Assembly: GCA_964057225.1 (NCBI GenBank) | Contig: CAXKVF010000079.1 | Location: 512,030 to 576,029 of the forward strand | Source: Auanema rhodensis | Taxonomy: Eukaryota > Animalia > Nematoda | Length of the DNA: 64,000 bases | Direction: 5' to 3' | Shown: one piece after another, positions 28,501 through 44,600 of the stretch | Position numbering within the stretch: position 1 is the first letter of the stretch | Layout of the letters: each line of letters opens with the position of its first letter | Notes under the pieces: generated by a model | Told to the model about the DNA's origin: nothing | Database searches by the model: none | The model's input: only the letters and a program-made list of their open reading frames with translations | Program-made: the position numbers and the translations under genes

Positions 28501-29600
28501 TACACGTGATGTGCACTTGGTATGTAACTCGCTTCACGTGAAAGATAAAGAGATGCGGTTTTCAAAATTAGATTCCCCATGTTCATATTAGTCTAAAAAC
28601 AAATTTTTATTGATATTGGTTCATGGTAACCATGACTTTGAAATTTACGTGAACTTTAATTTATGCTAATTAAATGTACACGTGATGTGCACTTGGTATG
28701 TAACTCGCTTCACGTGAAAGATAAAGAGATGCGGTTTTCAAAATTAGATTCCCCATGTTCATATTAGTCTAAAAACAAATTTTTATTGATATTGGTTCAT
28801 GGTAACCATGACTTTGAAATTTACGTGAACTTTAATTTATGCTAATTAAATGTACACGTGATGTGCACTTGGTATGTAACTCGCTTCACGTGAAAGATAA
28901 AGAGATGCGGTTTTCAAAATTAGATTCCCCATGTTCATATTAGTCTAAAAACAAATTTTTATTGATATTGGTTCATGGTAACCATGACTTTGAAATTTAC
29001 GTGAACTTTAATTTATGCTAATTAAATGTACACGTGATGTGCACTTGGTATGTAACTCGCTTCACGTGAAAGATAAAGAGATGCGGTTTTCAAAATTAGA
29101 TTCCCCATGTTCATATTAGTCTAAAAACAAATTTTTATTGATATTGGTTCATGGTAACCATGACTTTGAAATTTACGTGAACTTTAATTTATGCTAATTA
29201 AATGTACACGTGATGTGCACTTGGTATGTAACTCGCTTCACGTGAAAGATAAAGAGATGCGGTTTTCAAAATTAGATTCCCCATGTTCATATTAGTCTAA
29301 AAACAAATTTTTATTGATATTGGTTCATGGTAACCATGACTTTGAAATTTACGTGAACTTTAATTTATGCTATTTAAATGTACACGTGATGTGCACTTGG
29401 TATGTAACTCGCTTCACGTGAAAGATGAAGAGATGCGGTTTTCAAAATTAGATTCCCCATGTCCATATTAGTCTAAAAACAAATTTTTATTGATATTAAT
29501 TCATGATAACCATGATTTTGAAATTTACGTGAACTTTAATTTATGAAATATGAAAACAAATTTTTATTGATATTAATTCATGTAACTCGCTTCACGTGAA
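19528..29600. repeat. Higher-order repeat domain containing 11 copies of a rearranged 178-bp variant monomer
   Basis: The diagnostic string aaatatgaaaacaaatttttattgatattaattc starts at 19670, 20376, 21610, 22316, 23550, 24256, 26018, 26724, 27430, 28136 and 29546. Spacings are 706, 1234, 1762 or 1410 bp, i.e. 4, 7, 10 or 8 monomers + 2 bp. Confidence 0.93.
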
Positions 29601-32600
29601 AGATAAAGAGATGCGGTTTTCAAAATTAGATTCCCCATGTCCATATTAGTCTAAAAACAAATTTTTATTGATATTGGTGCATGGTAACCATGACTTTGAA
29701 ATTTACGTGAACTTTAATTTATGCTAATTAAATGTACACGTGATGTGCACTTGGTATGTAACTCGCTTCACGTGAAAGATAAAGAGATGCGGTTTTCAAA
29801 ATTAGATTCCCCATGTTCATATTAGTCTAAAAACAAATTTTTATTGATATTGGTTCATGGTAACCATGACTTTGAAATTTACGTGAACTTTAATTTATGC
29901 TAATTAAATGTACACGTGATGTGCACTTGGTATGTAACTCGCTTCACGTGAAAGATAAAGAGATGCGGTTTTCAAAATTAGATTCCCCATGTTCATATTA
30001 GTCTAAAAACAAATTTTTATTGATATTGGTTCATGGTAACCATGACTTTGAAATTTACGTGAACTTTAATTTATGCTAATTAAATGTACACGTGATGTGC
30101 ACTTGGTATGTAACTCGCTTCACGTGAAAGATAAAGAGATGCGGTTTTCAAAATTAGATTCCCCATGTCCATATTAGTCTAAAAACAAATTTTTATTGAT
30201 ATTGGTGCATGGTAACCATGACTTTGAAATTTACGTGAACTTTAATTTATGCTAATTAAATGTACACGTGATGTGCACTTGGTATGTAACTCGCTTCACG
30301 TGAAAGATAAAGAGATGCGGTTTTCAAAATTAGATTCCCCATGTCCATATTAGTCTAAAAACAAATTTTTATTGATATTGGTTCATGTTAACCATGACTT
30401 TGAAATTTACGTGAACTTTAATTTATGCTAATTAAATGTACACGTGATGTGCACTTGGTATGTAACTCGCTTCACGTGAAAGATAAAGAGATGCGGTTTT
30501 CAAAATTAGATTCCCCATGTCCATATTAGTCTAAAAACAAATTTTTATTGATATTGGTGCATGGTAACCATGACTTTGAAATTTACGTGAACTTTAATTT
30601 ATGCTAATTAAATGTACACGTGATGTGCACTTGGTATGTAACTCGCTTCACGTGAAAGATAAAGAGATGCGGTTTTCAAAATTAGATTCCCCATGTTCAT
30701 ATTAGTCTAAAAACAAATTTTTATTGATATTGGTTCATGGTAACCATGACTTTGAAATTTACGTGAACTTTAATTTATGCTAATTAAATGTACACGTGAT
30801 GTGCACTTGGTATGTAACTCGCTTCACGTGAAAGATAAAGAGATGCGGTTTTCAAAATTAGATTCCCCATGTCCATATTAGTCTAAAAACAAATTTTTAT
30901 TGATATTGGTTCATGGTAACCATGACTTTGAAATTTACGTGAACTTTAATTTATGCTAATTAAATGTACACGTGATGTGCACTTGGTATGTAACTCGCTT
31001 CACGTGACAGATAAAGAGATGCGGTTTTCAAAATTAGATTCCCCATGTCCATATTAGTCTAAAAACAAATTTTTATTGATATTGGTGCATGGTAACCATG
31101 ACTTTGAAATTTACGTGAACTTTAATTTATGCTAATTAAATGTACACGTGATGTGCACTTGGTATGTAACTCGCTTCACGTGAAAGATAAAGAGATGCGG
31201 TTTTCAAAATTAGATTCCCCATGTCCATATTAGTCTAAAAACAAATTTTTATTGATATTGGTTCATGGTAACCATGACTTTGAAATTTACGTGAACTTTA
31301 ATTTATGCTAATTAAATGTACACGTGATGTGCACTTGGTATGTAACTCGCTTCACGTGAAAGATAAAGAGATGCGGTTTTCAAAATTAGATTCCCCATGT
31401 CCATATTAGTCTAAAAACAAATTTTTATTGATATTGGTTCATGGTAACCATGATTTTGAAATTTACGTGAACTTTAATTTATGCTAATTAAATGTACACG
31501 TGATGTGCACTTGGTATGTAACTCGCTTCACGTGAAAGATAAAGAGATGCGGTTTTCAAAATTAGATTCCCCATGTCCATATTAGTCTAAAAACAAATTT
31601 TTATTGATATTGGTGCATGGTAACCATGACTTTGAAATTTACGTGAACTTTAATTTATGCTAATTAAATGTACACGTGATGTGCACTTGGTATGTAACTC
31701 GCTTCACGTGAAAGATAAAGAGATGCGGTTTTCAAAATTAGATTCCCCATGTTCATATTAGTCTAAAAACAAATTTTTATTGATATTGGTTCATGGTAAC
31801 CATGACTTTGAAATTTACGTGAACTTTAATTTATGCTAATTAAATGTACACGTGATGTGCACTTGGTATGTAACTCGCTTCACGTGAAAGATAAAGAGAT
31901 GCGGTTTTCAAAATTAGATTCCCCATGTCCATATTAGTCTAAAAACAAATTTTTATTGATATTGGTTCATGGTAACCATGACTTTGAAATTTACGTGAAC
32001 TTTAATTTATGCTAATTAAATGTACACGTGATGTGCACTTGGTATGTAACTCGCTTCACGTGAAAGATAAAGAGATGCGGTTTTCAAAATTAGATTCCTC
32101 ATGTCCATATTAGTCTAAAAACAAATTTTTATTGATATTGGTTCATGGTAACCATGATTTTGAAATTTACGTGAACTTCAATTTATGCTAATTAAATGTA
32201 CACGTGATGTGCACTTGGTATGTAACTCGCTTCACGTGAAAGATAAAGAGATGCGGTTTTCAAAATTAGATTCCCCATGTTCATATTAGTCTAAAAACAA
32301 ATTTTTATTGATATTGGTGCATGGTAACCATGACTTTGAAATTTACGTGAACTTTAATTTATGCTAATTAAATGTACACGTGATGTGCACTTGGTATGTA
32401 ACTCGCTTCACGTGAAAGATAAAGAAATGCGGTTTTCAAAATTAGATTCCCCATGTTCATATTAGTCTAAAAACAAATTTTTATTGATATTGGTTCGTGG
32501 TAACCATGACTTTGAAATTTACGTGAACTTTAATTTATTCTAATTAAATGTACACGTGATGTGCACTTGGTATGTAACTCGCTTCACGTGAAAGATAAAG

Positions 32601-35600
32601 AGATGCGGTTTTCAAAATTAGATTCCCCATGTCCATATTAGTCTAAAAACAAATTTTTATTGATATTGGTTCATGGTAACCATGACTTTGAAATTTACGT
32701 GAACTTTAATTTATGCTAATTAAATGTACACGTGATGTGCACTTGGTATGTAACTCGCTTCACGTGACAGATAAAGAGATGCGGTTTTCAAAATTAGATT
32801 CCCCATGTCCATATTAGTCTAAAAACAAATTTTTATTGATATTGGTGCATGGTAACCATGACTTTGAAATTTACGTGAACTTTAATTTATGCTAATTAAA
32901 TGTACACGTAATGTGCACTTGGTATGTAACTCGCTTCACGTGAAAGATAAAGAGATGCGGTTTTCAAAATTAGATTCCCCATGTCCATATTAGTCTAAAA
33001 ACAAATTTTTATTGATATTGGTTCATGGTAACCATGACTTTGAAATTTACGTGAACTTTAATTTATGCTAATTAAATGTACACGTGATGTGCACTTGGTA
33101 TGTAACTCGCTTCACGTGAAAGATAAAGAGATGCGGTTTTCAAAATTAGATTCCCCATGTCCATATTAGTCTAAAAACAAATTTTTATTGATATTGGTTC
33201 ATGGTAACCATGACTTTGAAATTTACGTGAACTTTAATTTATGCTAATTAAATGTACACGTGATGTGCACTTGGTATGTAACTCGCTTCACGTGAAAGAT
33301 AAAGAGATGCGGTTTTCAAAATTAGATTCCCCATGTCCATATTAGTCTAAAAACAAATTTTTATTGATATTGGTGCATGGTAACCATGACTTTGAAATTT
33401 ACGTGAACTTTAATTTATGCTAATTAAATGTACACGTGATGTGCACTTGGTATGTAACTCGTTTCACGTGAAAGATAAAGAGATGCGGTTTTCAAAATTA
33501 GATTCCCCATGTCCATATTAGTCTAAAAACGAATTTTTATTGATATTGGTTCATGGTAACCATGACTTTGAAATTTACGTGAACTTTAATTTATGCTAAT
33601 TAAATGTACACGTGATGTGCACTTGGTATGTAACTCGCTTCACGTGAAAGATAAAGAGATGCGGTTTTCAAAATTAGATTCCCCATGTCCATATTAGTCT
33701 AAAAACAAATTTTTATTGATATTGGTTCATGGTAACCATGACTTTGAAATTTACGTGAACTTTAATTTATGCTAATTAAATGTACACGTGATGTGCACTT
33801 GGTATGTAACTCGCTTCACGTGAAAGATAAAGAGATGCGGTTTTCAAAATTAGATTCCCCATGTCCATATTAGTCTAAAAACAAATTTTTATTGATATTG
33901 GTTCATGGTAACCATGACTTTGAAATTTACGTGAACTTTAATTTTTGCTAATTAAATGTACACGTGATGTGCACTTGGTATGTAACTCGCTTCACGTGAA
34001 AGATAAAGAGATGCGGTTTTCAAAATTAGATTCCCCATGTCCATATTAGTCTAAAAACAAATTTTTATTGATATTGGTGCATGGTAACCATGACTTTGAA
34101 ATTTACGTGAACTTTAATTTATGCTAATTAAATGTACACGTGATGTGCACTTGGTATGTAACTCGCTTCACGTGACAGATAAAGAGATGCGGTTTTCAAA
34201 ATTAGATTCCCCATGTCCATATTAGTCTAAAAACAAATTTTTATTGATATTGGTTCATGGTAACCATGACTTTGAAATTTACGTGAACTTTAATTTATGC
34301 TAATTAAATGTACACGTGATGTGCACTTGGTATGTAACTCGCTTCACGTGAAAGATAAAGAGATGCGGTTTTCAAAATTAGATTCCCCATGTCCATATTA
34401 GTCTAAAAACAAATTTTTATTGATATTGGTTCATGGTAACCATGACTTTGAAATTTACGTGAACTTTAATTTATGCTAATTAAATGTACACGTGATGTGC
34501 ACTTGGTATGTAACTCGCTTCACGTGAAAGATAAAGAGATGCGGTTTTCAAAATTAGATTCCCCATGTCCATATTAGTCTAAAAACAAATTTTTATTGAT
34601 ATTGGTGCATGGTAACCATGACTTTGAAATTTACGTGAAATTTAATTTATGCTAATTAAATGTACACGTGATGTGCACTTGGTATGTAACTCGCTTCACG
34701 TGAAAGATAAAGAGATGCGGTTTTCAAAATTAGATTCCCCATGTCCATATTAGTCTAAAAACAAATTTTTATTGATATTGGTTCATGGTAACCATGACTT
34801 TGAAATTTACGTGAACTTTAATTTATGCTAATTAAATGTACACGTGATGTGCACTTGGTATGTAACTCGCTTCACGTGAAAGATAAAGAGATGCGGTTTT
34901 CAAAATTAGATTCCCCATGTCCATATTAGTCTAAAAACAAATTTTTATTGATATTGGTTCATGGTAACCATGACTTTGAAATTTACGTGAACTTTAATTT
35001 ATGCTAATTAAATGTACACGTGATGTGCACTTGGTATGTAACTCGCTTCACGTGAAAGATAAAGAGATGCGGTTTTCAAAATTAGATTCCCCATGTCCAT
35101 ATTAGTCTAAAAACAAATTTTTATTGATATTGGTGCATGGTAACCATGACTTTGAAATTTACGTGAAATTTAATTTATGCTAATTAAATGTACACGTGAT
35201 GTGCACTTGGTATGTAACTCGCTTCACGTGAAAGATAAAGAGATGCGGTTTTCAAAATTAGATTCCCCATGTCCATATTAGTCTAAAAACAAATTTTTAT
35301 TGATATTGGTTCATGGTAACCATGACTTTGAAATTTACGTGAACTTTAATTTATGCTAATTAAATGTACACGTGATGTGCACTTGGTATGTAACTCGCTT
35401 CACGTGAAAGATAAAGAGATGCGGTTTTCAAAATTAGATTCCCCATGTCCATATTAGTCTAAAAACAAATTTTTATTGATATTGGTTCATGGTAACCATG
35501 ACTTTGAAATTTACGTGAACTTTAATTTTTGCTAATTAAATGTACACGTGATGTGCACTTGGTATGTAACTCGCTTCACGTGAAAGATAAAGAGATGCGG

Positions 35601-38600
35601 TTTTCAAAATTAGATTCCTCATGTCCATATTAGTCTAAAAACAAATTTTTATTGATATTGGTTCATGGTAACCATGATTTTGAAATTTACGTGAACTTTA
35701 ATTTATGCTAATTAAATGTACACGTGATGTGCACTTGGTATGTAACTCGCTTCACGTGAAAGATAAAGAGATGCGGTTTTCAAAATTAGATTCCCCATGT
35801 TCATATTAGTCTAAAAACAAATTTTTATTGATATTGGTGCATGGTAACCATGACTTTGAAATTTACGTGAACTTTAATTTATGCTAATTAAATGTACACG
35901 TGATGTGCACTTGGTATGTAACTCGCTTCACGTGACAGATAAAGAGATGCGGTTTTCAAAATTAGATTCCCCATGTCCATATTAGTCTAAAAACAAATTT
36001 TTATTGATATTGGTTCATGGTAACCATGACTTTGAAATTTACGTGAACTTTAATTTATGCTAATTAAATGTACACGTGATGTGCACTTGGTATGTAACTC
36101 GCTTCACGTGAAAGATAAAGAGATGCGGTTTTCAAAATTAGATTCCCCATGTCCATATTAGTCTAAAAACAAATTTTTATTGATATTGGTTCATGGTAAC
36201 CATGACTTTGAAATTTACGTGAACTTTAATTTATGCTAATTAAATGTACACGTGATGTGCACTTGGTATGTAACTCGCTTCACGTGACAGATAAAGAGAT
36301 GCGGTTTTCAAAATTAGATTCCCCATGTCCATATTAGTCTAAAAACAAATTTTTATTGATATTGGTGCATGGTAACCATGACTTTGAAATTTACGTGAAC
36401 TTTAATTTATGCTAATTAAATGTACACGTGATGTGCACTTGGTATGTAACTCGCTTCACGTGACAGATAAAGAGATGCGGTTTTCAAAATTAGATTCCCC
36501 ATGTCCATATTAGTCTAAAAACAAATTTTTATTGATATTGGTTCATGGTAACCATGACTTTGAAATTTACGTGAACTTTAATTTATGCTAATTAAATGTA
36601 CACGTGATGTGCACTTGGTATGTAACTCGCTTCACGTGAAAGATAAAGAGATGCGGTTTTCAAAATTAGATTCCCCATGTCCATATTAGTCTAAAAACAA
36701 ATTTTTATTGATATTGGTTCATGGTAACCATGACTTTGAAATTTACGTGAACTTTAATTTATGCTAATTAAATGTACACGTGATGTGCACTTGGTATGTA
36801 ACTCGCTTCACGTGAAAGATAAAGAGATGCGGTTTTCAAAATTAGATTCCCCATGTCCATATTAGTCTAAAAACAAATTTTTATTGATATTGGTGCATGG
36901 TAACCATGACTTTGAAATTTACGTGAAATTTAATTTATGCTAATTAAATGTACACGTGATGTGCACTTGGTATGTAACTCGCTTCACGTGAAAGATAAAG
37001 AGATGCGGTTTTCAAAATTAGATTCCCCATGTCCATATTAGTCTAAAAACAAATTTTTATTGATATTGGTTCATGGTAACCATGACTTTGAAATTTACGT
37101 GAACTTTAATTTATGCTAATTAAATGTACACGTGATGTGCACTTGGTATGTAACTCGCTTCACGTGAAAGATAAAGAGATGCGGTTTTCAAAATTAGATT
37201 CCCCATGTCCATATTAGTCTAAAAACAAATTTTTATTGATATTGGTTCATGGTAACCATGACTTTGAAATTTACGTGAACTTTAATTTATGCTAATTAAA
37301 TGTACACGTGATGTGCACTTGGTATGTAACTCGCTTCACGTGAAAGATAAAGAGATGCGGTTTTCAAAATTAGATTCCCCATGTCCATATTAGTCTAAAA
37401 ACAAATTTTTATTGATATTGGTTCATGGTAACCATGACTTTGAAATTTACGTGAACTTTAATTTATGCTAATTAAATGTACACGTGATGTGCACTTGGTA
37501 TGTAACTCGCTTCACGTGAAAGATAAAGAGATGCGGTTTTCAAAATTAGATTCCTCATGTCCATATTAGTCTAAAAACAAATTTTTATTGATATTGGTTC
37601 ATGATAACCATGATTTTGAAATTTACGTGAACTTTAATTTATGCTAATTAAATGTACACGTGATGTGCACTTGGTAAGTAACTCGCTTCACGTGAAAGAT
37701 AAAGAGATGCGGTTTTCAAAATTAGATTCCCCATGTCCATATTAGTCTAAAAACAAATTTTTATTGATATTGGTGCATGGTAACCATGACTTTGAAATTT
37801 ACGTGAACTTTAATTTATGCTAATTAAATGTACACGTGATGTGCACTTGGTATGTAACTCGCTTCACGTGAAAGATAAAGAGATGCGGTTTTCAAAATTA
37901 GATTCCCCATGTTCATATTAGTCTAAAAACAAATTTTTATTGATATTGGTTCATGGTAACCATGACTTTGAAATTTACGTGAACTTTAATTTATGCTAAT
38001 TAAATGTACACGTGATGTGCAATTGGTATGTAACTCGCTTCACGTGAAAGATAAAGAGATGCGGTTTTCAAAATTAGATTCCCCATGTCCATATTAGTCT
38101 AAAAACAAATTTTTATTGATATTGGTTCATGGTAACCATGACTTTGAAATTTACGTGAACTTTAATTTATGCTAATTAAATGTACACGTGATGTGCACTT
38201 GGTATGTAACTCGCTTCACGTGACAGATAAAGAGATGCGGTTTTCAAAATTAGATTCCCCATGTCCATATTAGTCTAAAAACAAATTTTTATTGATATTG
38301 GTTCATGGTAACCATGACTTTGAAATTTACGTGAACTTTAATTTATGCTAATTAAATGTACACGTGATGTGCACTTGGTATGTAACTCGCTTCACGTGAC
38401 AGATAAAGAGATGCGGTTTTCAAAATTAGATTCCCCATGTCCATATTAGTCTAAAAACAAATTTTTATTGATATTGGTGCATGGTAACCATGACTTTGAA
38501 ATTTACGTGAACTTTAATTTATGCTAATTAAATGTACACGTAATGTGCACTTGGTATGTAACTCGCTTCACGTGAAAGATAAAGAGATGCGGTTTTCAAA

Positions 38601-41600
38601 ATTAGATTCCCCATGTCCATATTAGTCTAAAAACAAATTTTTATTGATATTGGTTCATGGTAACCATGACTTTGAAATTTACGTGAACTTTAATTTATGC
38701 TAATTAAATGTACACGTGATGTGCACTTGGTATGTAACTCGCTTCACGTGAAAGATAAAGAGATGCGGTTTTCAAAATTAGATTCCCCATGTCCATATTA
38801 GTCTAAAAACAAATTTTTATTGATATTGGTTCATGGTAACCATGACTTTGAAATTTACGTGAACTTTAATTTATGCTAATTAAATGTACACGTGATGTGC
38901 ACTTGGTATGTAACTCGCTTCACGTGAAAGATAAAGAGATGCGGTTTTCAAAATTAGATTCCCCATGTCCATATTAGTCTAAAAACAAATTTTTATTGAT
39001 ATTGGTTCATGGTAACCATGACTTTGAAATTTACGTGAACTTTAATTTATGCTAATTAAATGTACACGTGATGTGCACTTGGTATGTAACTCGCTTCACG
39101 TGAAAGATAAAGAGATGCGGTTTTCAAAATTAGATTCCCCATGTCCATATTAGTCTAAAAACAAATTTTTATTGATATTGGTTCATGGTAACCATGACTT
39201 TGAAATTTACGTGAACTTTAATTTATGCTAATTAAATGTACACGTGATGTGCACTTGGTATGTAACTCGCTTCACGTGAAAGATAAAGAGATGCGGTTTT
39301 CAAAATTAGATTCCCCATGTCCATATTAGTCTACAAACAAATTTTTATTGATATTGGTTCATGGTAACCATGACTTTGAAATTTACGTGAACTTTAATTT
39401 ATGCTAATTAAATGTACACGTGATGTGCACTTGGTATGTAACTCGCTTCACGTGAAAGATAAAGAGATGCGGTTTTCAAAATTAGATTCCCCATGTCCAT
39501 ATTAGTCTAAAAACAAATTTTTATTGATATTGGTGCATGGTAACCATGACTTTGAAATTTACGTGAACTTTAATTTATGCTAATTAAATGTACACGTGAT
39601 GTGCACTTGGTATGTAACTCGCTTCACGTGAAAGATAAAGAGATGCGGTTTTCAAAATTAGATTCCCCATGTCCATATTAGTCTAAAAACAAATTTTTAT
39701 TGATATTGGTTCATGGTAACCATGACTTTGAAATTTACGTGAACTTTAATTTATGCTAATTAAATGTACACGTGATGTGCACTTGGTATGTAACTCGCTT
39801 CACGTGAAAGATAAAGAGATGCGGTTTTCAAAATTAGATTCCCCATGTCCATATTAGTCTAAAAACAAATTTTTATTGATATTGGTTCATGGTAACCATG
39901 ACTTTGAAATTTACGTGAACTTTAATTTATGCTAATTAAATGTACACGTGATGTGCACTTGGTATGTAACTCGCTTCACGTGAAAGATAAAGAGATGCGG
40001 TTTTCAAAATTAGATTCCTCATGTCCATATTAGTCTAAAAACAAATTTTTATTGATATTGGTTCATGGTAACCATGATTTTGAAATTTACGTGAACTTTA
40101 ATTTATGCTAATTAAATGTACACGTGATGTGCACTTGGTAAGTAACTCGCTTCACGTGAAAGATAAAGAGATGCGGTTTTCAAAATTAGATTCCCCATGT
40201 CCATATTAGTCTAAAAACAAATTTTTATTGATATTGGTTCATGGTAACCATGATTTTGAAATTTACGTGAACTTTAATTTATGCTAATTAAATGTACACG
40301 TGATGTGCACTTGGTATGTAACTCGCTTCACGTGAAAGATAAAGAGATGCGGTTTTCAAAATTAGATTCCCCATGTCCATATTAGTCTAAAAACAAATTT
40401 TTATTGATATTGGTTCATGGTAACCATGACTTTGAAATTTACGTGAACTTTAATTTATGCTAATTAAATGTACACGTGATGTGCACTTGGTATGTAACTC
40501 GCTTCACGTGAAAGATAAAGAGATGCGGTTTTCAAAATTAGATTCCTCATGTCCATATTAGTCTAAAAACAAATTTTTATTGATATTGGTTCATGGTAAC
40601 CATGATTTTGAAATTTACGTGAACTTTAATTTATGCTAATTAAATGTACACGTGATGTGCACTTGGTAAGTAACTCGCTTCACGTGAAAGATAAAGAGAT
40701 GCGGTTTTCAAAATTAGATTCCCCATGTCCATATTAGTCTAAAAACAAATTTTTATTGATATTGGTGCATGGTAACCATGACTTTGAAATTTACGTGAAC
40801 TTTAATTTATGCTAATTAAATGTACACGTGATGTGCACTTGGTATGTAACTCGCTTCACGTGAAAGATAAAGAGATGCGGTTTTCAAAATTAGATTCCCC
40901 ATGTTCATATTAGTCTAAAAACAAATTTTTATTGATATTGGTTCATGGTAACCATGACTTTGAAATTTACGTGAACTTTAATTTATGCTAATTAAATGTA
41001 CACGTGATGTGCAATTGGTATGTAACTCGCTTCACGTGAAAGATAAAGAGATGCGGTTTTCAAAATTAGATTCCCCATGTCCATATTAGTCTAAAAACAA
41101 ATTTTTATTGATATTGGTTCATGGTAACCATGACTTTGAAATTTACGTGAACTTTAATTTATGCTAATTAAATGTACACGTGATGTGCACTTGGTATGTA
41201 ACTCGCTTCACGTGACAGATAAAGAGATGCGGTTTTCAAAATTAGATTCCCCATGTCCATATTAGTCTAAAAACAAATTTTTATTGATATTGGTGCATGG
41301 TAACCATGACTTTGAAATTTACGTGAACTTTAATTTATGCTAATTAAATGTACACGTAATGTGCACTTGGTATGTAACTCGCTTCACGTGAAAGATAAAG
41401 AGATGCGGTTTTCAAAATTAGATTCCCCATGTCCATATTAGTCTAAAAACAAATTTTTATTGATATTGGTTCATGGTAACCATGACTTTGAAATTTACGT
41501 GAACTTTAATTTATGCTAATTAAATGTACACGTGATGTGCACTTGGTATGTAACTCGCTTCACGTGAAAGATAAAGAGATGCGGTTTTCAAAATTAGATT

Positions 41601-44600
41601 CCCCATGTCCATATTAGTCTAAAAACAAATTTTTTTTGATATTGGTTCATGGTAACCATGACTTTGAAATTTACGTGAACTTTAATTTATGCTAATTAAA
41701 TGTACACGTGATGTGCACTTGGTATGTAACTCGCTTCACGTGAAAGATAAAGAGATGCGGTTTTCAAAATTAGATTCCCCATGTCCATATTAGTCTAAAA
41801 ACAAATTTTTATTGATATTGGTTCATGGTAACCATGACTTTGAAATTTACGTGAACTTTAATTTATGCTAATTAAATGTACACGTGATGTGCACTTGGTA
41901 TGTAACTCGCTTCACGTGAAAGATAAAGAGATGCGGTTTTCAAAATTAGATTCCCCATGTCCATATTAGTCTAAAAACAAATTTTTATTGATATTGGTTC
42001 ATGGTAACCATGATTTTGAAATTTACGTGAACTTTAATTTATGCTAATTAAATGTACACGTGATGTGCACTTGGTAAGTAACTCGCTTCACGTGAAAGAT
42101 AAAGAGATGCGGTTTTCAAAATTAGATTCCCCATGTCCATATTAGTCTAAAAACAAATTTTTATTGATATTGGTTCATGGTAACCATGATTTTGAAATTT
42201 ACGTGAACTTTAATTTATGCTAATTAAATGTACACGTGATGTGCACTTGGTATGTAACTCGCTTCACGTGAAAGATAAAGAGATGCGGTTTTCAAAATTA
42301 GATTCCCCATGTCCATATTAGTCTAAAAACAAATTTTTATTGATATTGGTTCATGGTAACCATGACTTTGAAATTTACGTGAACTTTAATTTATGCTAAT
42401 TAAATGTACACGTGATGTGCACTTGGTATGTAACTCGCTTCACGTGAAAGATAAAGAGATGCGGTTTTCAAAATTAGATTCCCCATGTCCATATTAGTCT
42501 AAAAACAAATTTTTATTGATATTGGTTCATGGTAACCATGATTTTGAAATTTACGTGAACTTTAATTTATGCTAATTAAATGTACACGTGATGTGCACTT
42601 GGTATGTAACTCGCTTCACGTGAAAGATAAAGAGATGCGGTTTTCAAAATTAGATTCCCCATGTCCATATTAGTCTAAAAACAAATTTTTATTGATATTG
42701 GTTCATGGTAACCATGACTTTGAAATTTACGTGAACTTTAATTTATGCTAATTAAATGTACACGTGATGTGCACTTGGTATGTAACTCGCTTCACGTGAA
42801 AGATAAAGAGATGCGGTTTTCAAAATTAGATTCCTCATGTCCATATTAGTCTAAAAACAAATTTTTATTGATATTGGTTCATGGTAACCATGATTTTGAA
42901 ATTTACGTGAACTTTAATTTATGCTAATTAAATGTACACGTGATGTGCACTTGGTAAGTAACTCGCTTCACGTGAAAGATAAAGAGATGCGGTTTTCAAA
43001 ATTAGATTCCCCATGTCCATATTAGTCTAAAAACAAATTTTTATTGATATTGGTGCATGGTAACCATGACTTTGAAATTTACGTGAACTTTAATTTATGC
43101 TAATTAAATGTACACGTGATGTGCACTTGGTATGTAACTCGCTTCACGTGAAAGATAAAGAGATGCGGTTTTCAAAATTAGATTCCCCATGTTCATATTA
43201 GTCTAAAAACAAATTTTTATTGATATTGGTTCATGGTAACCATGACTTTGAAATTTACGTGAACTTTAATTTATGCTAATTAAATGTACACGTGATGTGC
43301 AATTGGTATGTAACTCGCTTCACGTGAAAGATAAAGAGATGCGGTTTTCAAAATTAGATTCCCCATGTCCATATTAGTCTAAAAACAAATTTTTATTGAT
43401 ATTGGTTCATGGTAACCATGACTTTGAAATTTACGTGAACTTTAATTTATGCTAATTAAATGTACACGTGATGTGCACTTGGTATGTAACTCGCTTCACG
43501 TGACAGATAAAGAGATGCGGTTTTCAAAATTAGATTCCCCATGTCCATATTAGTCTAAAAACAAATTTTTATTGATATTGGTGCATGGTAACCATGACTT
43601 TGAAATTTACGTGAACTTTAATTTATGCTAATTAAATGTACACGTAATGTGCACTTGGTATGTAACTCGCTTCACGTGAAAGATAAAGAGATGCGGTTTT
43701 CAAAATTAGATTCCCCATGTCCATATTAGTCTAAAAACAAATTTTTATTGATATTGGTTCATGGTAACCATGACTTTGAAATTTACGTGAACTTTAATTT
43801 ATGCTAATTAAATGTACACGTGATGTGCACTTGGTATGTAACTCGCTTCACGTGAAAGATAAAGAGATGCGGTTTTCAAAATTAGATTCCCCATGTCCAT
43901 ATTAGTCTAAAAACAAATTTTTTTTGATATTGGTTCATGGTAACCATGACTTTGAAATTTACGTGAACTTTAATTTATGCTAATTAAATGTACACGTGAT
44001 GTGCACTTGGTATGTAACTCGCTTCACGTGAAAGATAAAGAGATGCGGTTTTCAAAATTAGATTCCCCATGTCCATATTAGTCTAAAAACAAATTTTTAT
44101 TGATATTGGTTCATGGTAACCATGACTTTGAAATTTACGTGAACTTTAATTTATGCTAATTAAATGTACACGTGATGTGCACTTGGTATGTAACTCGCTT
44201 CACGTGAAAGATAAAGAGATGCGGTTTTCAAAATTAGATTCCCCATGTCCATATTAGTCTAAAAACAAATTTTTATTGATATTGGTTCATGGTAACCATG
44301 ACTTTGAAATTTACGTGAACTTTAATTTATGCTAATTAAATGTACACGTGATGTGCACTTGGTATGTAACTCGCTTCACGTGAAAGATAAAGAGATGCGG
44401 TTTTCAAAATTAGATTCCCCATGTCCATATTAGTCTAAAAACAAATTTTTATTGATATTGGTTCATGGTAACCATGACTTTGAAATTTACGTGAACTTTA
44501 ATTTATGCTAATTAAATGTACACGTGATGTGCACTTGGTATGTAACTCGCTTCACGTGAAAGATAAAGAGATGCGGTTTTCAAAATTAGATTCCTCATGT

